Shown: positions 15,976 to 30,942, counted from the stretch's first letter. The stretch is DNA of 34,244 bases from Streblomastix strix (GCA_008636045.1 SNRW01000053.1:1-34244); one strand, 5' to 3'. Made by a program: numbers and translations. The notes: generated by a model from the letters alone, not told the origin.

Positions 15976-17534
15976 ATGCAAAATCAAAACAAAGAAATGG
16001 CGAATGAAACTGCCCAAATTAAAACTGATATATCCAAACTTCGAGAATAATAGCGTGCCCTTGCATTCGAAAATTAAAATGTTATTGAGAATGAAAAACC
16101 ACATAAATTGAAGAAAAAGTTTCGCACCCAACCAATTCTCCCATCTTAAACACCACCCAATACAACACTTCCATTACTTATATATCCAATATCTGTACCA
16201 TTCTCTACAAATTCAACCCATATTAAAACAACAATAATAAAGAAAGAGAAGAAGAAACATGAAGATGATTATTTAGCACCAATATAGATAGAAGATAATT
16301 CAAAGACAGAATTTTATAAAGAATTTGAATTCCTTGAAAGATAAAGAAGGTTAAAAATGATTTTTAATTAAAATTGAATATATATTTTTATAATAAATAT
16401 ATTTTATCTGATTAAAGGCTCAGAGAAAGAGATCGCATTGCTCGTGTTATAAAAGACAATGAAAGAAGGGAATTAGAACGAGAAAAAAAATGGAAAGAAG
16501 AGGTGAATTAATGGAAATAAAGAAGATATTAACGTGAATAAATAATACTAGAAGAATGGGAAAAGGAGAGATAGCTTTGAATGAATGTAAATGAATAAGC
16601 ATAAGAAGAATCACGCAGAATGAGAGCAAGGACAGCTTAAGAGATTCGAGAAAATGCATTTTAACTTGAAAGAGAGATATTATAAAGGAGAATTATAGCT
16701 GATATGGAGAATGAAGCTAAAATGCGAGCTTTAAAAGCCGCTTAAAATATTCAATCTGCTGAAATAGAAGCAAAAGCATCATCTGAAAAGGAAAGAATGA
16801 TAGATGAATATATTTGTGCAGAAGAAAGGATACATTTATTGATGATAGAAGAAGAGTATAATAGGAGAAAAGCAATTAGAGATATGATATCAGAAGAAAA
16901 CAATGCAAAATAAAGAATACGAATGCAAACATAGGAATAAAACAAATATTAAGATTAAATGAGGATGCGAATGTGGAATATGGCAGAAGAAAGATCAGCT
17001 TCAGAAGAAGAATAGAAACTTAGATTATAGAAATGGTAACAAACGAGAATAAGAGATAGATAATTATTGGATTAAAGAATTAAGATGAGATGGGATAGAT
17101 TAATTTAATAGGAAGAAGAAGATTATAAATCAGATGATAATGATTATGAAGTAGCTGAGGAAAATGATTATGAAAGAGAGGATGATATAAACAATAAGAA
17201 GATTTAAACTGGCTTCAAAGAATTTGATAAAGAAATAAAAAATATGAGTATAACAATTGAATAAAAAGGGTAAGCACCTAATAAGGAATAGAAGATTTAA
17301 TCCAATATAATCTCATAAATTGAATAAGAAGGTGAAGTAGATAAGAAACAATAAATGTAATAGTCCACAAGTTCTATTCCAGTTGATGAAGAAAACTCAA
17401 AATCATCTAAGAATGATATTTAGATCAATTCAATTCAAGATGACACTATAATAGAATTTAAAAATAAATAAGTTCCAGATATTAACAATTCAAGAGGAGA
17501 CTAATGCGGTCCCATTCTATATAGTAATAAATGA
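15976..17534 (+). CDS. Hypothetical coiled-coil (E/R/Q-rich) protein; intron 16350-16417; internal in-frame TGA 16578-16580
   Basis: MQNQNKEMANETAQIK..., GT-AG intron, long charged helical run, terminal TGA 17532-17534. Confidence 0.6.
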
Positions 17535-17775
17535 TTAATTAATATTTCTGATTTATGAATAAAATATGTGATTGATTTAATCTCATTTTAATTTGATTTA
17601 TTCCTTTTTTATAAATGAAAAAAAAAATTAAACTATGGAATATGACAATAAATAAACAACGAATAATAAATAAGATCACGATAGAAAAGAGTAAAATTGA
17701 GAAGTGCAATGAAATGACAATAGTCAGATGTATGAAAAGGATATGATACATAGATCAAAGTAAATAATGCGAGTT

Positions 17776-20679
17776 TCATGTCTTCGATGGGTTCTACTAT
17801 TTGATTGCATTCTTATTTATATACTTTTGATTCTATGCTCTCCTCACTCCTTTGAACACAGGCAGTTCAGCTAGAACAGGAGTAGTCTATTGTCTTGATG
17901 GCCAAAATAGGACGTCCTCAAGCTCAAGGATAGCCTGTATAATTCCTTCATAATCTTCTTCTTGCGCACATTTCATCATATTCGCCCAGGGTTATTCCAA
18001 ATACACTCCAGCCCAGAATTGCATCACTGCTCTTGCACGCTCTGGTACAAACTACTTCTCCAATCCCCTGTCTGCATCACCAACTTGCTTGACTATGTCC
18101 TTATGCAGTGAATACCAACATCTGACAAAGCTCTCAAGATCTTACCTACAAGTAATGGCATACTTATTCTTCTTCCCATGGATCCTTTACTATGTTGCTA
18201 GTTACTCAAGTAGGTCATCACCAGCATAGTGGATTGTGCCTGCAAAACGATGATATGTTACATCTGACCACTTCTAAGCTTTCTTATCATACATACATGC
18301 ACACATTGCAAAGTCAATAAGGAATATACGTCTATTTCTCCATTCTTAGTCACTTGATCCAAGAGCCACAATCAGATTGGCTGGTCTGAAGTCTCTGTGC
18401 ACGTAACCCAGTTTATGGAGAATTCTGAGTGTTAAGCACATCTCAATCATAAACTCTTTGCATAAGTCAAATGGTCTGATCCTTCTTCCTCTGGGTAATA
18501 TATGCATCCTAAGTGCTCCATTGTTGTTATGAAGAAGAAGTGGAACTGTCTCTATTTTCAGTTGATTAGATAATGTCTACAATATCCATCTCTCTCTTCT
18601 GAAGTCTCTCCATTCTCCTTAATGGAATCTCTTCTCCACTATGAAATCACCCAATCTAAATCCAGTCAATGCAACTTTCTCTTTTGATTCTTCTTTTTCT
18701 GCATTATCTGCTCCTTTTGTTTAATCATCATTGCTCAGTAATTTGAGAATTGGTTTTTGTATTTCTTTCAATTACATTATTTTATCATCATTTTCTTCTT
18801 TTTATTTTATTTCTTTTAATTATTCTTTTTCCTTTTCCTCTTCTTTTATTTTCTTTTCTTTTTATTTTTCTTATTCATTCAATTATTCACATTTATTTAC
18901 CTCAGTATCTTTATCTTCTACTTTATCATCATCTTTCTATTACACTTTCTCTATTTCCTACTTCTGCTCATCTTTCTCAATCTAATCAACATTCTTATTA
19001 TCAATTAATATTTCATCTGTCTTCTCTTTATCTTTCTCAATATTCTAATTTTCATTAATCCCCAACTATTCATTATTATTCTTTTATTCATCTTCTTTAC
19101 TCTTCTCATTAATTATATCTTTCTCTTTCTAAATATCATCTTTATCTTTCTCTTTCTAAATATCATCTTTATCTTTCTCATTCTCAGATTTGATAGATTC
19201 AACCTTAGTTACTTCACATCTACAAACAGCCCCACTTGCTCCAGAACCAAGACATCCTCTTCTCGTAAATGTAACAGTATCTCCAATTGTATTCAATTCA
19301 GTGTATATTGATCCTCCTCGTGCCCATCCATATCCTTATGACAATATCCATCCTAATTATTGTCTTCCTTCTTCTCCACTTTCTTTATTTGAGTATTAAA
19401 CTGAGCCAATTGGAAGAAGATGGACTAATAAATCTTTGTTTCTCTTCACAGCTGTATGAATCTCAAATCTACCTTTAGTTCTCAATATGTCAGTGCAGTA
19501 TGTTAATTGGGGATGCTACCTCATGATCTCAGCATGCATTCTAAGCATACCAGCCAATGCAACTGCTCCAAATCTCTCAGGTTCATAATCATCTTCTTCA
19601 CTTTCATCGTCTTCTTCATTGTCATCATCTTCATCTCCTTCTTCTTATGATGTCTTATCATCTTCTTCACTACTGGATTCTTCATCATCATCATCTTCAC
19701 TTGGTTGCTCATCCTTACCACCAGTATTAGATTCCATAGATATCTCTTTTGGTTTAATGTCATTACTTTATTATACAATCAGTTTGTAAAGTGGTTATTA
19801 TGGTTTATTTTATGATTCATTCTGTTTTATATCTCCGTTTGTATTACTGCCATTTGAATTGGCGTTCAATATTTTAGATTCTTTTGTATCATCTGGGTTT
19901 CTTTATTATTCATTTTAGCCTTCTTCTAATTTCTTTATTTATGTTGGTTGAATATCATCTTATTTTGTCTGTTAGTTAACTTCAGTATTATTATTTATAT
20001 TCTCCTTCACATTCTCTTATTGAGGTTATATTCCATCTTCTTTTTCTTTCTATTCTTTAACCTTCTATTTCTAATTTTCATTCTTCTTCTTCTTTTATTC
20101 TGAAACACTCAATGATTTTGCATCAGAGTCACTGGTATCATCATCCAATTCAACCTTATCCTTCTTCTATTCTTCATCTCCTGCTTCTAGGATGGCTATT
20201 TCACTCGCTATTCTATGAGCTCTTTCATTATCCTTCAACATGTCCCTCCCAATTTCTTCCATTTATATAGTTATCAATTTATTGGATGTTATTAGTCCAT
20301 CTATTCCACCTTACTGAGTCAGCTTGTCAATATCTAATAGACCAGGATGTGGATCATATTCACATACAACCATCCTTCTTTCTTCATCTGTCAATCTATT
20401 CCCTCCACTGATGTTTCTTTCTGCAACATACTTCTGAAGTGTTATCAATCTTTTGTTCTTTGCTAACAAAAGGTATTTTCTCTCAAGTAATGAAATCCCA
20501 GTGTTTTCATCGAGACGAGGCATCTCATCATGGAGGAATATTTCAGGTTGTACTTCAAGATTTCTCATCATTTTTATTCTTTTCTCATCCATGATCTGAG
20601 ATGTGAATCTAGCAATTTTTTCTTTTCTATCGTGTTCAGTAGCACTTTCTCTCTAACCGCAACAACAAAAGAAATTCAT
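17776..20679 (-). CDS. Atypical Ser/Thr protein kinase, intronless, ~967 aa
   Basis: Open minus frame from MNFFCCCG... to TGA. Motifs LGSGASGAV, VEKRF, FRRERWIL, GYVHRDFRPAN, FLIDFA, AGTIHYA, RQDLESF. Confidence 0.85.
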
Positions 20680-21251
20680 TATTTCTTGAAAAATAGAAAA
20701 ATAAAAATAATAAGAGTTATAAATCGAGTGCAAAAAGTGTAATTAAATTTATAATTATTGATTTAGTTATCAAAAGATATATTAGTGGTGTTTTAGGGCA
20801 AATAATAAGGAAGTTTATATTTTTATAACAATATAATATAAATGAGTATAATTATTTACGATTTCTATGTGGTATTCTAATTTCAATTCCGATACTTTTC
20901 AGAAACGTTTTAGCGGTTATAGTTGAAGTAAATGTTATTGGAAATTATGTTATTATTCCAATGAAAATAATTTGTAGAATATTAATTACAAAAAAAGATT
21001 ATTTGTTACTCTCGATATAGGATTTTACTATATTTTGATCCCTCTGCACGTGCACTTCCCTATGAGTAATCAGCATATGTAAGTATATTGTATAGGTATG
21101 TTTGAACATTGTCATATTGTTTCATACAAAGAAAGTGTCAAAGTGCGGAGATACGAGTATAAGAGCATAACTAGATTTCATTTAGTTACCCAGACTTTTT
21201 AAGCAATATTATTAAATTAAAAACTTTATTTTATTGTATGTATAACATTTT

Positions 21252-23027
21252 TCAATTTTGTTCATCCTCATCTTCATTCAATCGTCGGCGCTTAAGATTA
21301 CGCTTTTGTTCCTCTTCTGCAACCATCGCCTTTGCCTTCTCATCGACATCAAGGAGTTACTACCTTGGATCATCATGTAATAGATCAAATTTATCCTTCT
21401 TAATAAGAGACAGCATGATACTCTCTTTTAGAGTTCGTCCTCCCAATTTCCCTTCCTTACCACCTTCCCCAGGTACAGCTTCTTATTCAGGCACCTATCT
21501 CATCTTTGGATCAACCATCTCATGTCTACGTTATAGTTACTTCATCTACTTCTTAAGATCTCTCCTATTAGTGGTGTTATCTATGGTTACATCTGTTGTT
21601 ATTTCATCATAGTTGTTCTTCTTCCTTTAATTACGAGGTGCTTTAGAAGCACTTTTGATTGCTCCATTGTTAGACTTATTTGGAGAATATAGAATATGAG
21701 CTTTTCCATCTGTGCATCCAAAGCATATCTAATTCGTCTTTTCATTCCATCTGACTCTGGTTATTGCTCCTGTATTACATACTTCATATTATAATACATA
21801 AGTTATATATAAATATACTATAATAATATAATAATATACAAGCATACCATATTAATCTGTTATTCTCCATATTTGTGTATCAATGAATATTAATCTACCT
21901 TATTTCTTAGGATCAATTCCACATCCAGCTACAATATATACTCCACCAGATGATATGCATATATCTCCGAAACCCATGTAACTCTCTGCTATACAACTAA
22001 ATACTAATCCTTATTATTATTATTAAGTTTATTATTATTATTCTATTTATTATGTCTTCTTTTTAGCTCCAATCTTACGAATATCCCAAACTTTCAACAT
22101 ATTGTCATTACCTCTGGATATAATAGTATAGTCATTTAGAAATAATAATGAAATAACCGATGAATCAATACTCTAACTATAATTATATTCATTCCCTTCT
22201 TAATTATTATCATCCTGTGTACCATGAGAATGAGCAATGATCTTAGTTGGTATAACAAATGGAGATTTATTTAACCATAATTATATCTCACCATCTGAAG
22301 TACCAGCAGCAATGACAGTTCCATCTCTTGAATAACAGACAGTTGTTGCTCTCTTCCTTAAACCTTATCTTTATTATCTTGATGTAACCTTGATGATGTG
22401 CTTATGTTTGAATTGTATCTCAGAATCCCATATTCTGGCTGTTCCATCATCACTGCATGTTATGAATTCATTTGATACAATTGGATTCCAACAGCATCTC
22501 CTTACAAATGAGGTATGCCCTTTAGTATTGGCTAAATCATCTAAATATTGATCCCCTTTTGCAAATTCCCTTTCTATTACTCCTTCTGTGTTTAATAATA
22601 ATGGGGATTGCTATTCAGCTGTAAGAAGTATATATCTTCCTGATACTGATATTTATAGATCTGTTATTGGGTGCCCTTCAGTAGCTTACACTATTCTAAA
22701 CGCTTATCCTTCTTAATCCATTCCATTAAAATCATAATAGCAGATCTACACAATGAATATGAAATATAAATATATTGAATAAAATATTTTAACCTTTCCA
22801 TCCATTCCTCCAGTGATCAACCTTGTACCATTTTCATTGTACCCAATTGCTGTAACTGTTTTTTCTTAAGAGTTTAACTAAAATTCACATTTTATTGGTA
22901 ATAAGCTCTCCTCTTCATCAAGTTCAGTTTCTTTCTGTTCTTAATCTTCTTTATCCTAATCAACTGGTGCCATCTGAGGACCAATATCATCATCATCATC
23001 TTCAATCGGTTCACTCTTCAATGCCAT
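21252..23027 (-). CDS. WDR70: WD-repeat protein WDR70 / GAD-1 homologue; introns 22746-22793 and ~21782-21847
   Basis: DIGP, RLITGGMDG, YDFNGMD, KGDQYLDDLANTKGHT, EFITCSDDGTARIWD, SRGNDNMLKVWDIR, WNEKTNQI, C-terminal GEGG..G.LGG and DDPR match recalled WDR70 signatures. Confidence 0.85.
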
Positions 23028-23460
23028 TTCTGATAGGATTGACTAAAATTTTATGAAATATAATAAATGATCAAGTTAAATATTAATATAATAAATTATT
23101 ATGATATTATTGTATTTAGTATTTATTCTGGCTCAGAGTTCCTTTGTGAATTTTACAGCTCAATATCTCTCTATATATCCATTTATTTTATATTTATATA
23201 GAATATATTTATCTAAAAAAATATTTGTTAAAATAATTAAGAGTTTTTCGTACAAAATAAATCTTATGTATTAAGATATGACCATCGAAACTTTTTCTTT
23301 GTAGACTTCAAGCACCTCTTCAAATTAGTAAATTAAATTAAAAAAGTGAATTGTAATTAATAGTAGAGAGTTTTAATACAAAAATTTAGAAAAAATATAA
23401 GACATTCTTATTATTAAACGCAAAAAACATTTATTGTTGAGAGATAATATAGTAAATTAT

Positions 23461-24592
23461 TCAATGGGTGTCGTCTACAGCTAATAAAGCGCTTGATCCT
23501 TGTTCAAAGAGGGAAGATCCACGTTCTTAATACAAAACACGTCTTGAAATGTATTTGTCAGTATCTGATGAAATGATACCAGCATTCAGAAGGAGTATTT
23601 CCTCATCTTCTTTGCATTTTCCAACTTATTCTCTCCCAACTTCAGTATTCTTCTTCCATTTCAGCCAATGGGTCTTCAGAAATACAAATGACGATTATGG
23701 GCAGAATCCTCCTCCAGATACATTAATATAACTAATAATAAATATAATAATAATTAATATATTGATATTTAATATTTCATGCTCTTTTTCTCCTGGTGTA
23801 TCTTTCTCAGATGAGAGAATTACTTTTGTTTGAATAAGAGCTTCTTCTTATGGCGGTCTTACAATTTTACTTTATAATGTTATTAGAATATGAATATATT
23901 TATAAATACTAATAAAACAAACTATGCTTCAATAGATACAACATCTCTCAACATAATACTTCGATTCTAAGAATGAATCAAATATATAAATACAAGTAAT
24001 AAATGAATCTATCTTATAATTCATACATTATGGGACGTATTCTTTGTAGTTATTCTGCGAATGAGGTTGACATTTTATTTGAATGTTACTGTTTCAGACT
24101 TTGAATGTTAATAACAATATATTAAAATATAATAATAAAGAGATATATATACATTGAAATCAATAGTCAATGTCCCTGCATATTGAATTCTTCCATATCG
24201 AATACTCTACAAAACATATTATAATATAAATTGACTATGATAATGAAATTAATGTTTATATTACCATGGCAACAAATACTATACCCATTGCCCATTAATA
24301 CTGTAATGTAATACACAATTAGAAGAAGGAGTATAAAAAGTATAATAACACACTGCACTAAATTATTAGGTAGAGAAAACCGAAAAGATGGATGTGAAAC
24401 ACAAGAAAAGACCCACACCAAACATACAATAATATGAAAATGTTTGTGAATCTTTTTCTGCAAAACAAAATAATATTAAAATTTCTTTTATCTACTTAAT
24501 TAATAAATACCTTCAATACTCACTTATGGTAGTCTTATATCAGTATTCGCTGGGAGTGGAGCAAACTCAACATGAGCAGCCTCTAAAGACAT
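23461..24592 (-). CDS. Hypothetical multi-exon protein with an N-terminal hydrophobic (possible TM) segment
   Basis: MSLEAAHVEFAPLPANT..., first intron 24458-24510, YYCMFGVGLFLCFTSIFSVF, several more short introns, last exon VSGGGFCPQSSFVFLKTHW...DDTH-TGA. Exon model tentative. Confidence 0.5.
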
Positions 24593-25075
24593 GCTGGGAT
24601 ATAAATAAAAGAATCAATTAAAAAAGAAATATGTTAAAACAAGATTAAGAGAAATCATTGGATTTAATAATATGAATTGTAATATATGCATAATAATAAT
24701 GTCAAATAAATATGAATTTATTTACAATATAATTTAATTGGGAGAAAACATTGAATTTAACACTGAAAATAGCTCAGAACACGATAATATGCTTGATTGC
24801 TCAATATATCTCTTCAAAATTGTCTAATAAATAAGTTAATATATATATTCATTTAGCATGCATTTTTGCGCAAATTAAATACTAATATAAAACGATAATA
24901 ACATTTATTTATTGAGATATGAACACCAATTGTTTTTCATAATCTCGATCTTGTACCCTCTAAAACAGATTCATAATTCAGTGAATCAGAATAACAATAT
25001 TATGTAAGGATATTTTATAAATAAATTACAGTTAATATTTATTGTTTGAAGAAATTTAACATAAAATCATAGAAA

Positions 25076-26577
25076 TCATTTGCTTTCACTGTTAAATTAC
25101 TGCTCAAATGCTTGCTTCTCTTTTGCAAAAGATTCTTTTTCTTTCTGAAGCAAAATAATAGTTAGAAATTTATATAAAAACAAAAAGTAATGATTACATA
25201 TGATGCGAATTAAAGCAAACTTTAACAAGAAGCAGAGCTTGCAAGAATGCTTCTAGTTCTCTATTAAGACTGGCTTCCTCATCAACAGCAGAATCATTAA
25301 GAATATCATTTAATAATCTAAAATAAAATTAAATAAAAATAAAATAATTTATATTATTAACAGCAAAATACATAAATTAGTGATAGTTAAATATAAATGA
25401 ATATCAATTATCATACTGATCTTCATCAGAATTAATACTATCAGTTACATTACCTGATGATGAATTTATTTATTCTTTCTTGATTATCATCTCCATTTAG
25501 TTATCAACATCTTTCTCCATAATTCCATCTTCATTACCACTTTAATATCTTTATTATTTAAATTGATTAATTTGAATCATTAATATCTCCTAATCAATAA
25601 GAAGTTTACTGTATTCACCTGATAATATAATGTAAGAATGAAAGTATAATTTACATTCAAAAGAAGAATAATACTAAATAAAGAATCATACCAATTAATT
25701 ATACTAATTTTTCACTATTTATATCTTTATCTTATTCTTTACATTTATCATTATTTTATTCATCATTTAATTCAATATCCTTATCCATATCTCCTTATTT
25801 AATATTCAATTATACTTACTGTTATTGCACTTATTATTATTCAGTGTTATTAATGTTATTTATTTCTCTTTCCAATCTTACTATTTCATTCTCAATATAT
25901 TCAACACTTTATATTATATTGTTTTCTTCATTATCAATTATAATCTATTCTTATTATTCTTTCTTTTGTTGTTCATATTTCTCCTTTATATATCTTCTGT
26001 CCTCACATAATTCTAGTTAATGAAGTGTATCTAATATATAATAACGTGTATAAAATTATATTAAATATTACAATTAATCATCAAACCAGCCAATTTTCCA
26101 TTCATTAAACGAGTATTCTACATTAATTGGTTAAATTAAGATCTCATTTCATTCATAAATGCAGTTATATCTAATATATGTAATGCATTTAATAAATATA
26201 AAATAAAAAGAATATAAATATTTATTTTATCTTAATAATGTATTCTATTATTCTTTATTTATATTTCTATAATTGATTACCTTTAATTTCTTTTTCTAAA
26301 TTCAATGTTTGATCTTCATTTGATGATTATACATATTATTTAAGTAATTAGTTATGTTCAGGCTTATAAATAGATATAGATAGATTTATTATATAAATGT
26401 GCATAAAATTATCAAACCTTTGTTTTTGATGATTATTAAAGTGGTGGTTTACTCTAAACTTATTATATTTAAAAACTGAATAATTCATTCATACTTATAA
26501 AAGATACTTATCATAATATAAACAATAAACAAACAATTGACTTGGAGGCAGGAGACTGGACATTGTGATGGATGCTA

Positions 26578-26624
<47 letters not shown>

Positions 26625-27411
26625 AAGAATATATTGAACGAGAATAAATATAATATAATATAATACCACTAGAATTTTGTTTTGGTTCAGATTTAGGTTA
26701 TTATTCTTTAGTTTTCTGAAAAAGGAAAATAAATTTTGCAAAATAAAATTAGATAAGTAATTAACATTATTATAATAAATAATATTACTGTTTGATTACT
26801 AGTTTATTTATATTAATTATCAGTGCCATTTAAATGGTCTCTAAATTCTCTTAATTTTGCATGTTCATCAACGCTCTATTTGACATAAAATCTGACTTGA
26901 ACTAACTTCTATGCCAGATTAATGAGTTATCTGGACATCTAAAGTTATTATTATTGCATATCTTTACTAAATATTTATTATTTCTATTCAATTTCCCTGT
27001 TTGTGAATAAGAGAAATAAATAAGACCTAATTGAGTATATTATGAAGTTAACCTTCTCTAATTATCCATAACTTGCATTAATCTAAATGCTTCCTTCTCA
27101 GTATTTTATTCTTCAATCTATTTAGAATCAATTAATAATAAATAATAATAACATTGAATATAACACACAATAGCAACCCGTATTATTTCAAGTTCAGTGG
27201 ATGACTTTGATGGAATCACAGCTGTTTATTATCCTTATTCTCTTATAGAGTAGATGATTTAATGTAAGATGCTTATTAGCTTTGTTACAATTGTCTATGG
27301 ATCGAAATCAAGATCTATGGTTGAAAAGCGGCGAGCAGCAAGCTATTTATTTAAATCTTGCAAACGACCACTCAAAGATGCACTTAAAGATTGTTAATTA
27401 TCTGAGGCCAT
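25076..27411 (-). CDS. Hypothetical multi-exon coiled-coil protein
   Basis: MASDNQQSLSASLSGRLQDLNKQLAARRF...; Q/E/K-rich exons separated by AT-rich GT-AG introns; ends ...KQAFEQQFNSESK-TGA. Internal exon boundaries not fully resolved. Confidence 0.55.
26578..26622. repeat. (AAT)15 microsatellite, apparently intronic
   Basis: Read directly from sequence. Confidence 0.95.
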
Positions 27412-28343
27412 TCTATATTATAGATAAAATATAACTAAATTATAAAAATAAACTAAAAAATAATTGACGTATGATTCAAATGAGCGTTTTTATCAAGCAA
27501 TTCCAATTTTATTTTCAAAAATTTGTTGTGTTTTTATGACAGATAATTTAAAATATATATCAATTAAAGAGAATAAAAATATTTATAAAACGATAAGTTT
27601 ATAGGATAATATTAGAATTAGAGATAATTCTAGTGCAGAACTCGAACATTTATTGAATTGTGTATTATCTATCTCAATATATTCTTTTCTACATATTTCT
27701 CAAAAAGATTCTACTAAAAGTAATATTTTCGCAAATAAAAAAGAAATTTTAATTCAAAAAATATAATTGATAAGTGATAAACATGTTTGTATAATAGCAC
27801 ATTTTAAATACTCATTACAACCAGAAGATTCACTTGATATTGCAATTTATTGCAAATAAAAAATTTCCTTACTCAATTAATAAGCAATTAGCCTTTATTT
27901 ACAACAAAATATAAAGACTCCAACAATACAGACATTCTGCTTTCAGGCGTGCTTATTATAAATCTTTTTTTGTCAATAAATAAAATACATTGCTGAGCTC
28001 GATGAGTAATAATAGATAAAATGAGAATCGAAATTCATTTCAGTTGTAAAACCTCCGATTTAAAAAATTTCGTTTTGCGACATACTTTATCTTTATAAAC
28101 ATTAAATTCTTACATTTTTAATTTTAAATATTTATTGCACAATAAAAGACATACAATATATTCTCAATTAATAATTCAGAGCTGTAAAATAAACCCTCAA
28201 TTTTTAAATAAGCTTTTTAGCTCTTATTTTAATCAAATAACACTTTTTAATTCATTATTTTTTCTCAACACGTTTTATTTCAATGTATTTTGCTCAATAT
28301 AATGTTTACCCAACACTTATAACAGCATATTATTTTTATCAAG

Positions 28344-28954
28344 ATGCAACCGATCCAGATTAAATTTGACACTGTTACTCGACCGTGTCCTGAGGTGCCA
28401 GAACCAGCAAAGGATATCCTATCTCGCTAATCGCTGTTCAATGCAGAGGGGAAAATCAATACGGATGCGCTTCATGAGCATTTTGTCCGCGAAGGGCGTA
28501 TAAACATAGCTGATATTACAGACATATGCAACAATGCATCGTAATTGTTTAAGACTGAACCGAATGTTTTGGACATTTCTGGAGAAGTCAGAGTTTGTGG
28601 TGACCTGCATGGTATGCTTATATCACATTATAAACCAAACATTCTCAATTCATAATTATTACTCATTAATTTAGGATCATATTATGACTTCCTCAAACTT
28701 CTAGAAGTTGGAGGGGATCCTTCAGAATTTGCATATCTATTCTTAGGTGATTATGTAGATAGAGGTTACTTTGGATGTGAATTACTAATACATATGCTCG
28801 CATTGAAAATAAACTTCCCAAAAACATTCTTCATGTTGCGTGGAAATCATGAATCCAAGCATCTCACTGAACACTTCAATTTCAAGCGTGAATGTGTGTT
28901 ATCTGAAATACATATAACTTAATTATTATATTATTTACCTTCATATGATGATTA

Positions 28955-29013
<59 letters not shown>

Positions 29014-30442
29014 CAGGTATATACAAATATAACAGCGATGTCTACTTCACATTTGTGAGTGTGTTTGATACGATGCCATTTGCAGCCATGGTTGGAGAGA
29101 AGAGGTTCTTCTGTGTTCATGCTGGTCTTTCTCCATCATTGAAGAAGGTTGAATAATTAACAGCAATTAACAGATTTAAGGAAATACCTGAATCTGGGTT
29201 TGATATATACATATATTCATATATACATCATACATATATATTTTATTGAAATAGACTTATTACAGATATTCTTTGGTCAGATCCATGTCCACCTGATAAA
29301 GATCCTTAAGGTATTTATATGTTAATTATTATATTATGATATCATTTATTATATTATTATCAGGAACTGTTACATTCATAGACAACTCAGCACGAAATTG
29401 TAGTTTCTTTTATGGGTATCTAATTTTATATTGATGATCATAATAAACACTTATTAATATTTATTCTTTATTATTTGTATTTCAAACATATTTATTATTT
29501 AAATCTAATAACTTCTATCTTGCACATATATTACATCATATTATTCAGAGCTTCAGCTGTCAGATAATTCCTTCGAACAAATTCACTTGTTGCATTAGTC
29601 AGAGGCCATGAATGTAAGGACACAGGATTTGAGATGCAATTTCCTCGATCTGGAACCAATCCCTTTCCAACTGGTATCCTTTATACATATATTTTACATT
29701 CATTATAAGAATTATTTTCAAATTTCAATAATTGCAAATATTAATATATTGTTCTTCTTCATTGTATTACTCAATAGTGATAACACTCTTCTCATGTCCC
29801 AATTATGTTGATTCATTCAAGAATTAGGCTGCAATACTTCTTGTTAAGAAAGAAAAAATCCATTTCAGATAATTCTCAGCCTCACCACATCCGTATTTCC
29901 TCCCAAACTTCATAGATGTCTTCCATTTATCACTTCCATATGTAGCAGAGAATATATCATCTATGCTTCTTGAGATATTAAGATACTGTAGCTAGGATGG
30001 TGCACCTGGACAATTATAATCATCTGAATCTACTACAGAACTAAGTTCAAGATCAGGAGCTATAATGACTAAGATTAATGCAGTAGCTAGATTGTGCAGA
30101 ATGTTCTAGACTCTTAGATAGGAGAATGAGAATATCATGTTATTGAAAGGTTTCTGTGAAGGTACTCTTTAAAGAGGATTATTACTAGGTGGTAGTAGTG
30201 CAATTAGAGAGGCTCTTTCTTCATTCTAAACTGCAATGATGTTGGATTAACCCAATCTGAAGAGGCCTCCAATGAAGTCTGATGGTCCAGCTCCAGTCCC
30301 TGAATAGAAGATAGACAGTAGTGCAGTTGGAAGCAGCTCAGATAAAGTGATGATTAATAGACCTGGTTCAGCAACAGCTATGGCAAAAAGTAACAGAGCT
30401 GTGAAAATAGAAGGAAAGGTGGAGCGCATTCCAAAGAAATGA
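28344..30442 (+). CDS. CNA1: Calcineurin A (PP2B catalytic subunit), 6 introns
   Basis: [49 protein letters not shown]. Also the CnB-binding [13 protein letters not shown], calmodulin-binding [12 protein letters not shown] and autoinhibitory-like F..A..LD.PNLKRPP. TGA 30440-30442. Confidence 0.95.
28959..29012. repeat. (TA)27 microsatellite in calcineurin intron 2
   Basis: Read directly from sequence. Confidence 0.95.
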
Positions 30443-30942
30443 ACACTATTTATACATCTCACTCTAAATATCTGCAGATGTTTCTACATATTTGTAGTAT
30501 TTATAAATGTTTTATCTAGCTTTTAGATTCTTAGATTTTATAACTTAATTTTTAAGCAATAAAATATTAAAACAATGTATTGAATATATAACAAATTTAA
30601 TCTCTATACTTTTTATATAAAAAAAATAAAGATGTTTTAACTGCCATTTACGAGTAAATCTCATATCAAATTTTCTTGTGTATTTCTGAATAATACTTTA
30701 TCATTGCCTTATTTTTCATATAAATGCTTTATTTACAAGCTGAATATTTGAAAATAAGAAATTTTATATGGATAATAATCAAAAAGGGTGACTTGCAAAA
30801 ACAAAATAAAATAATCGAGCACTACGCAAGATCATAATAACAATTACTTGCTTTGTAAAATTTATAATATATTTCAAGATGAATAGAATTAATTGAACCA
30901 ATTTTATTTAATTTCTGTTTCTCTCATTTCAGATTATTGAGC

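Noticed and set aside
18731..19478. Plus-strand hydrophobic F/S/L-rich ORFs
   Set aside because: Antisense of the K/E-rich kinase insertion.
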